Source: Eledone cirrhosa (taxonomy: Eukaryota). From it: 64,000 bases of DNA. This document shows positions 26,981 through 41,744 of this stretch, one piece after another. The stretch is from contig OZ024746.1 in NCBI GenBank assembly GCA_964016885.1, positions 9,052,001 to 9,116,000 of the forward strand, written 5' to 3'. Below the pieces are notes generated by a model, which worked only from the letters and a program-made list of their open reading frames with translations, searched no databases and was not told the origin of the DNA. Numbering within the stretch: position 1 is the first letter of the stretch; each line of letters starts with the position of its first letter. Made by a program: the position numbers and the translations under genes.

Positions 26981-29900
26981 GTACGTATGTATGTACGTAT
27001 GTATAGGCGTACAAAAGCAAACCAACATTTAAGTACGTTTTGTAAATACAAGAATGTGTATTTATCCCCAATTTACTAATGTGACTATAGATTTGAATAT
27101 GCTTGTATGTATGGATGTTTACAGTATTTGGCTCCGATGATATGGTATGGTGTGTTCTTGTAGGGGTCGTAGGGAACCATAGTGACATGCGGCGTTTCTT
27201 AAGCATTTTAACACTGGTGGAGTCCGACCCTCTCCAGGTCAACACACCAGATTTGTTCCACAGAAGGAATAAGAATGTGATAGAAGAAGAAAGAAAGACA
27301 TGTAGAGAAAGTTGACCTCGGCGTGATTTGAAATCAGAGTGCAGAGATCCGGAACAAGGCATTCTATCCCACGTTCTAACGACTCAGCCATTTCGCACCC
27401 TATAATTTTACTCCAATATATGTAACTAATTCCACTGTAATATATCTGAGCATTTTATACTTAAACTCCCGGTTTGACCAACTGATTCAATTATGTTAAT
27501 TAGAAATAAATCTAAGCATTTTGTTCTTGAATACAATGCTCGCAGCCGGATACTATATTCCGATTTAAGACAGAAGATAAGATTCTAACTGAATTATTGA
27601 TGGACAACTAGATAGCTGTTAAGAGAAAAATAGTACTTCTACAAGATGAACTGCTTTAGTGGTAATACAATTGCCAAGCTGGCAAGGTATTAGATTCTAA
27701 AATACAATTAGCAAATCTATTTGTCAACAAATTAAACTCTCTCAATAAATATTCTCAAGGAGAAGGAAATTGATTGTTTGAATCTGTTTCAAACTTGATG
27801 CTGTTAACGAAATTTACTGTATAATCAACAATAATAGTAGTATAAAGATTAAAATCTGTATGGGTCTGTTTTGTCATCCGTCAATTAAACAAAACATGTC
27901 CTAAATATCCGTAGGGTGAATGTGAATAACAAAAAAATAGAACACCAATTTTACCTTTTTGACATTCATTATACTATGATTTTTAAAATTATTAATCTAT
28001 TGTAGTTGAATTTTGTGTCGTTTAACCCTCAGCATTCCCTTAAAGATAGAACTCTGAACAAAAACTATGAAGAGTCTCAGCTATGAATAATCTGTAAATG
28101 TTTTTAAATTTACATTCTCCAACACAACATTACCTTAGGATATCCTTGATCGTAAGACCTATGGTATAATCCATAATATCCAGATTTTCTCCTAAGACTA
28201 CGATTTGAATTATATTTAGCTGCTGTTTTTAATACAATGAGCCATTGCTTAGAGCCTCATTGTGCTAACCAGAATTCCTCATAAAACAGTGGTTACGGGA
28301 TTTTTATTGCATGTTTTAATAGCTATTAAATGCCTTCAACCTCTCTACATAATGAAGAATTACATAGACACTCGACCTGCGAGAAAGAGCAGCAAAATCC
28401 CCTTCAGTAACACATTACCATCGTAGAAAACGGAAACGACTCATTGAATAAAATAATGCAGAAGCATATTAAAAGGACATTCCAACTTAGATCACGATTT
28501 CCAGAAGGTTAAGTTATCGAGTAGAGAACCTGAAAATGCCCTATATGTAATGCCTGCAAACTATCCATGTTTATTTCTGTAGTCGTGTATGCTATTAGTT
28601 GGTGTGCTGCGGTTGTGCTGGGGAAAACCTTACAGAAAATTTCTAGTGAATTACACCGGCACCAATATTGGTACTTATTTTATATGGGAATTATTTAATC
28701 GAACATGAAATAGTGAGCTGAGATGCAGATTGATGAAATATGAATCCCAGATCAATGTAAAATCATTTATAGAGCTTCTGAAGATGTACAATATTTAAGA
28801 ACACTTTCTTATAATCAATATTTTTCCTCTTTAAGAAAATTGAAATAATATAAGTATTAATTGAATACGATGTAGTGAATATTTGTTCAGCTATTGAATT
28901 GTTTAAATATATCTATTACGTCAACTCATACTGTTTTATATATAAACAGCGAATTGGCAGAGGCGTTAGAACGTAGTATAGAATGCTCTACTGTATTAGT
29001 TTCGTGTCTGTACTCTCTAAGTTTAAATACCACCGAGGTTAAATTTGTTTTTCAATCATTCAATGTTGATAAGAAAAGTGTGACAGCTCACACCTATGCA
29101 AGCTTAGCTGGCCTCCTCCAAGGTATATCTCGTTCGAGGTGTCTTGAGTAATTTAATGATAGGGACCCCCAGTACTATCATCTCATTTCTACAGCTGAGT
29201 AAACTGGAGCAACGTGAAATAAAGTGTCTTGCTCAAGGAAACAACACATCAGCCATGCGCCTTCACATGATAAGAAAAGTATCAGTCAAGAACTGGGATC
29301 TATTCCTCCCCTACATCTCTTTCTTATTTCAATTATCTAAATCTATCCATACTTCTGGAAGAAACAAAACAAGGTAATGTTTTACCCAATGTATTCCAGC
29401 ATGCTATTTTGGGGCTATTACCCTTTTCAAATATGGAGCTGAAACAGTTCAAAACAAAACTAACCATTAATGTGTTCCTCTTTAACCGGCTTACCTCCCC
29501 GAAACACGCGTAAAGTCGCTATAGTAACCAGTTTGCATTTCTAATCTATTATTTATTTGTGGTGTTTTTCAGTTGATGATAATGGCCTCTTTGATTCTTA
29601 AATTCCCTGTATTCCTTTATGACGCCTCTATGGTGACCTCAATGTCTTGACTGCGGTAGCTGTCAAGGTATTTTTTAACAGAAGCTCTCGTCGTCATGTG
29701 CTCCTTCATCCGTATGTCCAGCATCCGGAGGGTACTTCTGATACAAGAGGGGCTACATTTTTACATGTGATCATATAGGCAACATACGCTCTCATTCAGA
29801 CTTCTGCATTGTTGATGGGACGATTAAGAAATGTGCTCATATCATTGTATGTGGGTTGGTGTCTATGGATCAGTATCCTCAATGAGGGTCCTTAATGCGC

Positions 29901-31777
29901 CAGCTGTATATTCAGTCCCTCTCAACGGATGGCAATAATTTTGTTCTGAATAAGTTTTAATGACTTGTTTTAGAATGATACTATATACTCACAAAGTAAA
30001 TATATTTAATCTAAGCTTAGTCAAATCACTTATTGAGTCGTTTAAGTTATATGCCAGTCACGATTTGAAAGCCACATGCTAAGGAAGGACATATAAATCA
30101 TATGATGCTGATACTGTTGCTCCACCATATAGTAGGAGTGTGATTTAGTCATAAAGTAGTGGTCCATGTTATTTCTATCATATTTACAGCAACGAACGAG
30201 TGATGACAATGATTATATCATTTAATAGTGTGTCAACAGAAATGTCTGAATATTGTTTTAAATTTAATATATTATATGTTATTATTGTTGTTCATTCCAG
30301 TGTTTCTCGCCACCAAGCAGCCCTATGGTGATGTTCACTCTAATCTTTTTGATATGGTCTTTTGTTTGTTTGTTTAGATGGTGTGTCTAAAATCTATGCA
30401 TACATTACCAAATGAATCTTTCATTTTTTTAAACAATGGAATGGTATAAAGGAAATGTGTCTGCGATTTTAGCAGGTCAAGTGAGTGCGTAGATGTTCCA
30501 TTTGAACTAAATGTGCTCACTAGCAGTTTCAGCCTAAGAAATATGAATTGTAAAAGTAATCGATGTATCGTTGTCACAACACAGACTTGTAGAGAGCCGA
30601 AATATATAGTAGAAATCACACAATAAGTCAGATTTCTCTCTGGCAGATTTTAAAGAGAAATCAAACTTTCTCGTTATTTGTACTGTATTGACACTAATAT
30701 CAGTTTGTATGTGTTTCATGAATAATCTCTTCGATCATTTTTCGATCTCTGTTTTAAACCAATGAGTGACGAAGAAAACACAAAAGAAGGAAAATAGCTC
30801 TAAAGAGGAAGAAAATGGAAGCAAAAGATATCCGAATAAAAGGAAAAAACAAACAACAAGTTTAGAAAGTCTAAACAATAATTAGTCCAATATTTTCTTA
30901 AGGTTTTGTAGAGTTTATTATTCATAGTTAAAAGGCAAAGTCCATTAGCTGTGTTCAAGAAAAGACAGACAGCTTTTTCTGATTACTATGGCGTCTATTA
31001 ATTTCCGCACATATTTTTTTCATTTTCATTTCTCATTGAATTCTTACGAAAGGATCTTAACTTCTAATTTTCTCAAGACCCGACCGTCAAGAAGTTTTCT
31101 GTTGCATAGACAAACCGTTGGAGATCGAATTCGACTTCAGTATTTTAATGAATAGCGCTTACATTCCTATCGGATGGGAGAGGAAGCTGTCGTGATTAGA
31201 TAAAGGAATCTGGTAATTATTATGAATCTATAATTGTTTTTACAATAGATTAGATTGAACAGCTGTATAATTTTTTTATGGTGGAAGTTTTTTTAATTAT
31301 GTTTGTTTATTTATGTATTTGTTTGCATATTATTATAGTTTATTATTATCATCATCACCATTATTGTTGTGGTTGTTGTTGTTGTTATTATTATTATTAT
31401 CATTCTTATTATTATTATTATTAATATTATTATTATTATTATTAATATTATTATTATTATTTGCTTCCACAAAAGACAGCCTATTTATAAATAATAATAC
31501 ATTGAACTTCAAGCAACGTCATATCGATTTGGTATTCAAAAGATGAAATCAATAAATATGAAAATAAGAGTCAATTATTCGGAACAAAGCAACAGTGACT
31601 GTAGTGGCAACTAGAGAAACAGCTATAAACGGGGAAAAAATATTGCAGACAAGTGGGTGTCTTATTCAAAGAGACTGAAGCATTTTGTCTTCAAGAAAGC
31701 AAATAAGTCAAAGGCAATACATACATACGTACATACATACGTACATACATACGTACATACATACGTACATACATACA

Positions 31778-32185
31778 TGGTGGCTGCCAACTCGTTTTCG
31801 AGTACGGCCACTACTTTATATCCATGTAGGAGAATCCCTACCGATGCGCTGAACGAATGTGACTTTTTAGTCCAGCTAGCGACTTGAAAACTCTGGTACA
31901 AAGACTACACTTGTGACCATTATTGACACACAGTGCAGGGCCCATGGTACCATGTGATGACAAGTGCAGAGATATCTCCAGATATAAAGCAATGCCTGTG
32001 CTGTGAAGCTTTTATAGTGAGCAAAGGCACTGCACAAAGCCAGTCCCACTCTCTTAACCAAGATGATATTTACCAAAAAGAAGAACAAGTCAACATCATT
32101 GGATACCATCAGGGTTGCAGGTGTTATATCAGAGTTTTCCTTCTCCTAGAATTCTGCCTTGACAAAGGCTAAGGGGTCATCTCTC
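31778..32185 (-). mobile_element. Family D, 5'-truncated
   Basis: Reverse complement of ~58277-58685; (CATA)n on both sides. Confidence 0.9.
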
Positions 32186-32688
32186 ATACATACATACATA
32201 CATACATACATACGTACATACATACGTACATACATACATACATACATACGGACATACGTACATACGTACATACATACGTACATACATACGTACATACATA
32301 CGTACATACATACATACGTACATACATACGTACATACATACATACATACATACATACGTACATACATACGTACATACATACGTACATACATACGTACATA
32401 CATACATACATACGTACATACATACGGACATACAATCATACGTACATACATATGTACATACATACGGACTTACATACATACATACATACGTACATACATA
32501 CATACGGACATACATACATACGTACATACATACGTACATACGTACATACATATATACGGACATACATACATACGTACATACATACATACGTACATACATA
32601 CGTACATACATACATACGTACATACATACGGACATACATACGGACATACATACGGACATACATACGTAAACACGTTAAAAGCTACAAA
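32186..32688. repeat. Compound (CATA/CGTA/CGGA)n microsatellite
   Basis: Direct sequence; resumes at about 33205-33440. Confidence 0.95.
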
Positions 32689-33200
32689 ACACATTAAAAG
32701 CTACAACAATCTGGAAGACATCCATGTACATAATATGAAAGAGTACTGGTGGAATGTTCCAGTAAAAACCCCAATAAAATGCAGGCATAACAGACCAGAT
32801 ATTATGATATGGGACAGGGAGAATAAAACATGCACAGTAGTGGAAATTAGCTGCCCAGCAGATGCCAATATAATATTAAAGATTAGTGAAAAGGAGAATA
32901 TTTATGCAGAACTGATGAGAAATCTGCAGATACTCCACCCTGACTATACCTTCAGATACATGCCTGTGATTATTGGGGCACTGGGATATGTTAGTAACTG
33001 CCTCAATACAAATCTTGAGTAGCTAGGCTTCACAGGAACAGAAAGAACACAACTAGTTAGGAAATCACAAGTACAATCCATTAATGAAACAGTAAAAATA
33101 TGTAAAACATTCCAGAAATTTTGCATCTAATAACTGCATATACACATCTACCGATACAAAGCGTATGCACATGCACACATATAACTTAAAACTTCCACAT
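32689..33200 (+). mobile_element. 3' fragment of an R4/R2-group non-LTR retrotransposon (restriction-like endonuclease)
   Basis: WWNVPVKT...HNRPDIMIWD...VVEISCP...EKENIY...PVIIGALG (PD-(D/E) RLE motif); premature stop at 33022, frame continues to about 33130. Confidence 0.85.
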
Positions 33201-33515
33201 CCACACATACATACGGACATACATACGTACATACATAGTACATACATACGGACATACATACATACGTACATACATACATACGGACATACATACGGACATA
33301 CATACGTACATGCATACATACGTACATACATACGTACATACATACGGACATACATACATACGGACATACATACGGACATACATACATACGTACATACATA
33401 CGGACATCCTTACGTACATACATATATACATACATAACATATATAAATATATACATACATGGATAAATACACATATATAATACTTACATACACACGTATA
33501 CACACACACACACAT

Positions 33516-33579
<64 letters not shown>

Positions 33580-33726
33580 TTTTGCGTATTTGTACGCGTA
33601 TTTGTACGCGTATATGGTCTTTAAAGCGATGAAATACCAATGAAGGCTGGAAGATCACTGATGAAGGACTAAATTTATTCATATGTAACCCATTTGCAAC
33701 CACGCATCACGCCATGTTTTCATATT

Positions 33727-33764
<38 letters not shown>

Positions 33765-33767
<3 letters not shown>

Positions 33768-33912
33768 GAAAAGTATGACCCCGACGGCAGAGCTCAAGCC
33801 ATTTCGACGGCTATTTCTGGACTTTTTCCTATTTCCCACTCTACTACCCTAAGTATTGAGTACTCTGGTGCGTTATGGTCCATCTGGTTCCTTACCACAA
33901 TTCCTTTGTTAT
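33765..33912 (+). mobile_element. Family C copy
   Basis: Shares both the inverted head and the 3' part with 12328-12525; (TA)n on both sides. Confidence 0.8.
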
Positions 33913-33950
33913 ATATATATGTCGATCGATTGGTTATTGATTAGTCGATA

Positions 33951-34067
33951 CCCGCTGATGAAGCCGCATAAGCCGATTGTGCATTGTTGCATAATATATG
34001 CAGACAGATGGTGCAGTGTGCAGTGCACCTTACTGCTGCATTAGTGCGGCAGAAACTCGAGCCCGGG
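33951..34067 (+). ncRNA. Type I hammerhead with long stem II and mutated cleavage triplet
   Basis: CCCG-CTGATGA-aGCCGCA...TGCGGCa-GAAA-C tcga G-CC-CGGG (GCC where GTC is expected). Confidence 0.6.
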
Positions 34068-34213
34068 AACCTTATAGGCACCCGTTTTACGTGTGTTGTG
34101 TTGAGGCAAATAACTATGTGTATACTCTGGTAATGTATCTTACATTGCCCATTGAGTGCGCTGAGATACAACCGGCACTGGTATTGATAAATATGCTGGG
34201 TCCGTCAACCCTT

Positions 34214-34290
<77 letters not shown>

Positions 34291-34298
<8 letters not shown>

Positions 34299-34519
34299 GT
34301 TTGTATATATATAATAAAGCCAAAACAATGCAGGTATGGACATAGAATAAAGAATGCAAATGCAAAAGATATTGTTGACAATTAGTCTTACCTTAGATTT
34401 ATTTAGATAAATCTAAGGTAAAAGACTAATTGTCAACAATATCTCTTGCATCTGCATTCTTTATTCTATGTCCATAACTGCATTGTTTTGGCTTTATTAT
34501 ACATATACAAACGTTTATA
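34291..34519. repeat. ~230-bp near-perfect palindrome next to (TA)n
   Basis: Arms 34291-34402 and 34407-34519; centre ACCTTAGATTTAT-ttag-ATAAATCTAAGGT. Confidence 0.9.
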
Positions 34520-34587
34520 CCTCATTACACAATGCTTCAAGTGTACTATAACTTCCTCCTATATATATATAATAATAATAATAATAA

Positions 34588-35790
34588 GAAGAAGAAATGC
34601 CATAAGCGCAGTAAATTCACGAGCTGTGTCTATTATTAGGTACAGTGCGGGAATTCTGAGATGGAATGTTGCTGAACAAAAAGAAATGGATAGGAAGACT
34701 AGGAAGCTATTGACTATCTACAACATGTTCCACAAGAGGAGTGATGTCGATAGACTCTACCTAAGGAGATCTGAGGGTGGAAGAGGTCTTATCAGCATAG
34801 AGGACTGTGTTCAGATGGAGAAAAACAACCTATACAAATACGTGACCTATAGTAAGGAGCCAATGCTCAGAACTGTACTGAAGGAGGGGACAGTAGGCCA
34901 GGGGATGTCCAAGGAGGAAATAACATCAAGGAGGAAGAGCAGCCTTAAGGGAAAATCCCTTCATAGTACCTTCTTTGAGAAAACTGAATTTAGAGATCCA
35001 CAGACATGGAACTGGTTGAGAAGAGGAGACCTCAAAAAGGCTACAGAAGGAATGCTAATGGCTGCGCAGGAGCAGGCCCTCAAAACGAAGTGGTTGAAGC
35101 ACCATATTTACAAGGAGGAGGCTAGCCCACTGTGCAGGATCTGTGGAGAGAGAGAGGAGACTGTGGCTCACATTGTGTCCGAGTGTAAACACCTAGCCCA
35201 GACCCACTATAAGGGCTGGAGACACGATGTGATGGGCAGGGTGATCCACTGGCACCTGTGCAAAGTAAACAATTTACCACATTCTGAGAAATGGTATGAG
35301 CATAGGCCAGAGGCGGTGATGGAGAACAATCAGGTGAAGGTGCTGTGGGATTTTAGGATACAGACGGACAAAAAACTGGAACACAATAGACCTGACCTGG
35401 TGGTTGTGGACAAAGAAAAAAGATCGTGTCTGATTGTGGATGTGGCCTGCCCTTTCGACACGAGAGTGCAAGAGAAGGAGAGGGAGAAAATTAACCGATA
35501 CCAGGACCTAAAGTGGGAGGTGAAAAGGATTTGGAACTGCCATGAAGTCAAAGTGATCCCGATTGTCATAGGCGCACTGGGGACTATCTCCAAAAGTTTC
35601 CAGGGATGGTTAAAGAAAATCGGCCCCTTCACGCTTTTTGGAACGCTTCAAAAGGCATGCTTGCTTGGAACAGCAAGAACCATCCGATACGTCCTGAATA
35701 TCTGAGGCTGCAGGTAGTGGCTTGATATTCATTCCAACGGACTTTCCAGTTAACCAACATCAATGACTGAGATTCAAGGAATAACAACAA
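34588..35790 (+). mobile_element. 5'-truncated R4/Dong-like non-LTR retrotransposon
   Basis: Open frame to 35705 with RLYLRRSEGGRGL, zinc knuckle CRIC...ETVAHIVSEC, RHD, HNRPDLVVVD...IVDVACPFD...EKINRY and PIVIGALG; (TAA)n on both flanks. Confidence 0.92.
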
Positions 35791-35823
35791 TAATAATAAT
35801 AATAATAATAATATTAATAATAT

Positions 35824-36012
35824 TAATTGTTCCTACTTTTTGGCACTAGGCCAGCAATTACCAGTATATTACTGGTACTTTATTTTATCGACCCCATAAG
35901 GATGAAAGGCAAAGTTAACCTCGGCGGGATTTGAACTCAGAATGGCACGGACCGTTACTCTATGCGTCAAAGCATGGCGTCCGACCCTCTACCGATACTA
36001 CCAATCCACCGC
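35824..36012 (-). mobile_element. SINE family A
   Basis: Consensus match; inserted in the AAT run following the LINE. Confidence 0.9.
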
Positions 36013-36632
36013 AATAATAATAATAATAAATAGTGAACAACGAATCAGTATTGCATCATATACATATTTAATTCCATATTACATATGTGTCACTGCTGAT
36101 CAGCCCGAGGAACGATCGAATTATGTTTGTTCCTGACTCTGGAATCAGAATCTCCCCAGATATATGTTCTCACATATAGACTCACATCCAAATTGGACGG
36201 GGGCCTATATAAATATGTATATAATGTAGGTGATTCAGTGAATTACTGGTGTTAGTACCAACACGGCCAATCTATGCACAGGAATAGTGTATATATGAGG
36301 AAATAACGAGAAAGACTTGTTTACATGTATTATATTTTTATTGTATGCGAGGTCAAGTAAGCCTTTCAACTATTCGACATCGATAAAAAAGTAATTTCTT
36401 AGTTGGGATCGTTTCTTCCTCTATATATCTATAACTAATTCTCTATTCACGGCCCCTCTTTCACTCTTCTTCTCTAATAAATATCAGAGAATGAGAAGGG
36501 ATGGGTTCCACCAGGTTTATTATGCTCCGATGTCACCATCAGGAGTTGCGGGTGTCTACATACATAAATACATGATGGCTGCCCCCTTTTTTTAACTTTT
36601 TAACTTTTAACCTTTAAACATACATACATACA

Positions 36633-37480
36633 TGATGGCTGCCCCCTCGTTATCGAGTATGGCCATTGCACGATATACCATTATTAATAATTATTAACTA
36701 ATTCTATCGTGCAATGCCTGTGCATGAAGATATCTTTTAAAGTGAGGAAAGACTGTGCACTGAGCCAATCCCACTCTCTGAGCGACAGTAGCTATAACCC
36801 GAAAAGAAGAAAAGATCAACATCATCGGTAACTACTGAGCCGCAGGTTTTATATCGGAGTTATCCCAGTTACCTGAGTTGCCTTCTCCTAGGAGAATGCC
36901 CTGACAAAGGCAAACACACACATACATACATACATACATACATACATACATACATACATACATACATACATACATACATACATACATACATACATACATA
37001 CATACATACATACACACATGCATACATAAACACATACATATATACATGATGGCTGTAACTCGATTTCGAGTAATGCCATCGCTTGATACTTTAGCATGAG
37101 CATCACAGACGTGGCTTTTTAGTCCTACTAGGGTCTTGCCTGGGCCAGCAATACCATGCATCGCAACAAAAATGTCACATATCAAGCGATGCCTGTGATT
37201 GAAGATTTTTTATGTGAGGAAAAGGCTTTGGACGAGGTATATTCCAGGCTCCGAACATCGAATGCATTTACCCAAAAAGAAGAACCATCCTACATCATTG
37301 AATGCAAACAAAGTCGCAAGTTTTATATCAGAGTGACATTCTCCTAGAGAGATGTATTAATAAAGACTAGGAGTCTCTCGCTCCACAAAAAAAGAAAACA
37401 AATAGTTTATTGAATGGCTGTTGACTCTCCTGAGTTCCTCCTCCCTTTGACAGATTTTGCTTTTCATCCCGCAGGGTGTC
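36633..37480 (-). mobile_element. Two divergent family D-related copies (36633-36910 and 37049-37480) around (CATA)n
   Basis: Shared motifs ATGGCTG..CTCG.T.TCGAGTA, CAACATCAT and TTCTCCTAG. Confidence 0.6.
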
Positions 37481-37644
37481 CACAATCCACAAACTAACAT
37501 ATTTCTTCAATATATATATATATATATATATATATCCAGGGAGTTAACTTAGAGTTAACTGAGAGTTACTGTAGGTTCACCCGGGTGACCACTTGATGTT
37601 TAGGTTCACTTCAGTGTCGAGGTGTAGAGCTATACAGAGTGTAT

Positions 37645-37728
37645 TATAGTGAAATAACATAACATGGACGATTGGTTACTCCTTCATTGCATAATGAAGG
37701 AGTATCTAATCGCCCTTGTTATTTTATT

Positions 37729-37736
<8 letters not shown>
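37645..37736. repeat. ~90-bp imperfect palindrome abutting (TA)n
   Basis: TATAGTGAAATAA...TACTCCTTCATT gcat AATGAAGGAGTA...TTATTTCACTATA. Confidence 0.85.
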
Positions 37737-37791
<55 letters not shown>

Positions 37792-38238
37792 AAGCGCCAT
37801 CATTAACATATGGTGAGTCGCTTACATTGAACTTTCTTACTAACAAACAAAGGTATGTAGAAGGGTAAACAAAATAAATCAAAATCAAAGTAAAGTTTAA
37901 AAATAAAACGGAAAAAGTGGATGCAGTGTGAAAAAACTGTCGGTTGGAGCAGAATTGGCGAAAGATTATAGCTTCTTTATGTTGTGGTGTTGGTGATGTG
38001 ATGACATACGTGTTCCAGATTTACATGCAATATTTCATTTTAGGAGCAAGTATATGTTTATCTCCGTCGAGAGAGGCGTCAATATCTTTCAAACTAACAG
38101 GAGCCAAAACACGTTTCTCTCAAATAAGATGCAGCTACAGTTTCATGCATTATCTCGTTAAATCTGTTTTAACGGTACACTCAGTTTGAGAGTGCATTAG
38201 AAATGGGTTATTTCGCACAACTCCCCTCTGTCTGTGTT

Positions 38239-38286
<48 letters not shown>

Positions 38287-38477
38287 AATATATATATATA
38301 TAAATATATATATATATGTATATATATTTTGAGTATATGTTGGTTGTTTACCGACACCTCAGTATGTAGATTGGAGCACTCGACGAAGTAGGCAGGCTGG
38401 TTTGGTTACTCCGGAGTAATGTAAAATAAAATAATTAAGTCAAATATTTAAAATTTGGCTTCGTTTATGAAAGGTAT

Positions 38478-38532
38478 ACTGCTATATATATTTCGGTGAC
38501 AGCCGTCCGTGGCTGTGACCTCTTCAGGAAGT
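38478..38532 (-). ncRNA. Minimal type I hammerhead motif
   Basis: ACTTC-CTGAAGA-GGTCACAGCC acggac GGCTGTCACC-GAAA-TATATA-TA-GCAGT; stem II 9/10 bp, stem I 4/5 bp. Confidence 0.6.
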
Positions 38533-38640
38533 CCGAATTGGTGTGGTAGAGACGAGTACACATGTTGTTGAGGTGTTTAACTCCGTCAATATGCCCAGTT
38601 CCTGGTTGGGTTGTTATTTCTCTGAGGAACTGGAATGATA

Positions 38641-38747
<107 letters not shown>

Positions 38748-38807
38748 TGAAATCGAAAATGCAGCTGGAGTCTTATTTTTTTAAAAATATATATATTTAT
38801 TTTGTTC

Positions 38808-38843
38808 CTTTACCGGTTTCGCAGTTCTTCTGCTTTTCAAAAG
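38808..38843 (-). ncRNA. Minimal hammerhead, U3-A8 variant (third copy)
   Basis: CTT-TTGAAAA-GCAG aagaa CTGC-GAAA-CCGG-TA-AAG. Confidence 0.5.
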
Positions 38844-39862
38844 TAGAGTTGAGATGGAGGGTCTGTGGTTTTTCTCACATATATATATATGTGTGTACAT
38901 ACACATATATTTTACATATATATATATATACATATGTATATGTGTGTTCAAGATTTATATACACATCCATATATATATATATATATATATTCGTATGATA
39001 AATGTTTATTGGCCTCTCTGCCATAAAGTAAATTGCATAATCCGTCATCAACAGTTATTCTATCAAATGGGGTAATCACAACTGGTTCAACATTGTTTAC
39101 CCACAATCACACATTCTCGACTGTGAACTAACTCAATAATGAATACAGCACGTTCACTAGAAACATAAAGAAAGCTTTATCGAGTATTTCCACCGACTAA
39201 TTGCACCCAATGATTTTCTGTAGAAAGCAGTGAAACATAGAAAACACTGTATACAAAACAAAACTAGTTTTCTTTTTAAGGGTCAGAATATATTTCTGAT
39301 TCTTAAATGATCAGACCATTTGGACCAGAACTTGAGTCGGAGGATACAATCGTTCCTTTGTTCTAGCGCATAAGAACTTCTGTAAAAGAACAGCTGCTTC
39401 TCATTCTCAAACTAAAAGATGTACGAGTGAGTACTCCTATGTTTATGATACTACAGCTACACAGATAAAAAGAAAAGATCACGTGTTAATAAAGCCATCT
39501 GATTGACTGTCAAATACGACATCTTCTTGCAAACAAAGACTCTCGGCTGTTAGTGTGTCAACACTCTGCCAGTTCTGTCTCTACTTTAAAGACTTCTGCA
39601 TCTCTGACCTACCTAGTTCCATATCACATTCACATATGATTCTCTGATGCACACCTGTCTTCTTCTTTCTCAACCATGCCACCAAGGATATCAGCCATCT
39701 TTCTTACTTTTATTTCCTGTTCACTTCATACTTCTATATGCAGTATCTAATTTATGCGATAGATATATAGATATATAGATCAATAGATAGATAGTAGGTA
39801 GATAAATAGATTAATTGATAGATTCATACATGAATGTATATATACATACACCTCTTCCCCGC

Positions 39863-39970
<108 letters not shown>

Positions 39971-39971
39971 C

Positions 39972-40087
<116 letters not shown>

Positions 40088-41744
40088 CAATAGATACATA
40101 AAATAGTAATAAATATGAACTGCAAAAATTGAAGAATATCTTCCCACAATTTATCCAATGGTCTTAAATTTACATTTCCGATTCTCCTAAGATGCAAATT
40201 GGGCAATCTATCTCAAATATCACAAGTAAATAAATAAAATGCCTCAAACACATAAATATTACATACCATGTAATGTCTATAAATTTAAACTACATGTATA
40301 CAACCCTTGTTTAAATAAAGAGAGAATTACTTATTCTTCCCGCGTATTGCCATTTTAAAACATATGCTCGTATACATTACGATACATCCATTTTCTGCAT
40401 AGTGTTCAGTGAATAGTGTTGAAAAACTTATAACATCAGCGACTTAAGTGACTCAGAAGTCACAAATTAAAACCTGAAAAGAATTTGATTTAGGAATAGC
40501 AATAAATACAAAATTGAAGATAGGAATGTTTTAATTGTAACACTAAACCTAAACACCGGCTAGGACCACCCTTATCGTAAATACGTAAATACGGCGAAGA
40601 AAGAATATACATAAATAGAAGCTCCAACTATCCCTCAATAACTATAAACTATACACAGCAGGATGTAATATTAGCATACTTATATCTAATATACCATTGA
40701 ATAGAGAAATATTTAATAATGCTTCCCCACTCTGTATCAGAGCTCGAGATAAAAGGGTTCTTTTTTAAAACCAAGTTAATCATATCCACACCTATCAACA
40801 AAACAAAAAACAAAAAAAAAATCAACATATTATTAGAAACTCTGTTTGGTTTCCCTCTTCTCTTAGATTATGTTTCCAGAAATGTTGTTTGGACCTTATT
40901 AATACACACTTGGCAGCTACTTGAAGATTTCATGAAATATTCTGTTAAGTAGTCTGGGTGACTTTACGATTATAAATCTCTAACTATAATCATGTGTGTA
41001 TGTGTTTGAGAAGAGTTTGAGAATATATGTGCGTGGGTTTGTGTAGGAAACACATTTATACACAATTCAGAGTCTGAATATATAACAAAATGATGGTGTC
41101 ATTTCCACACCGCGTTTGGTATCTTTTGGAAAGGTCTTTGTAAATAAATGTAAATAGCTGCTAAATAGTTACAAACAATACACGCTGCCCCAGCAATATC
41201 TCATTTTGCGGTCAGTTGTGCTTTTATATATGCCAGCTTCTCTGATAACTTATTACATTATCTAGACACAAATTTATGTCTGTTTTCCTCACCTGTTTAT
41301 ATTTTGACGACAGGTGTGACCTAATTACAGACCAAATATTTTGTCTGTTTATTTAGATGTTTGTATAATCTGAGTTGAAACCAGTCTGGATAGTGTCCTT
41401 AATCCTCCCAGAGTTAATACAATTCGTATGAGCCAATTGCTGGCGTTGAAATAGTCAACTGCGTATTCTCATTTAAAGTTGTAGCTTATTTTTCACTTAG
41501 AAAAAAACTATCAAATATTTTTCAGGTTTGAAGGAATTAATGCTACAATTAAACACATTGATTTGTCACATATTTACTCACGCTTTTAATAATTACTTTC
41601 TACGGGTAGTTACAGTTATAGTACAACTTCTGACAAAATTATATGTTTTATATAACTAAATATTGTAGCTATCATATTTGTAAATACACTTTGAGCATTA
41701 TATTTTTCTTCTTTCTTTTATTAAGATATTAAGTGATTTCCACA

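Noticed and set aside
29480-29935. Decayed RTE 3' region on the minus strand
   Set aside because: One weak peptide echo (MLDIRMKEHMTT); insufficient for a call
33655-33700. Hammerhead at CTGATGAAGG
   Set aside because: No downstream GAAA or stem closure
34446-34587. N-terminus of the 419-aa ORF
   Set aside because: Read-through from the palindrome and TAA repeat; retrotransposon similarity starts at about 34588
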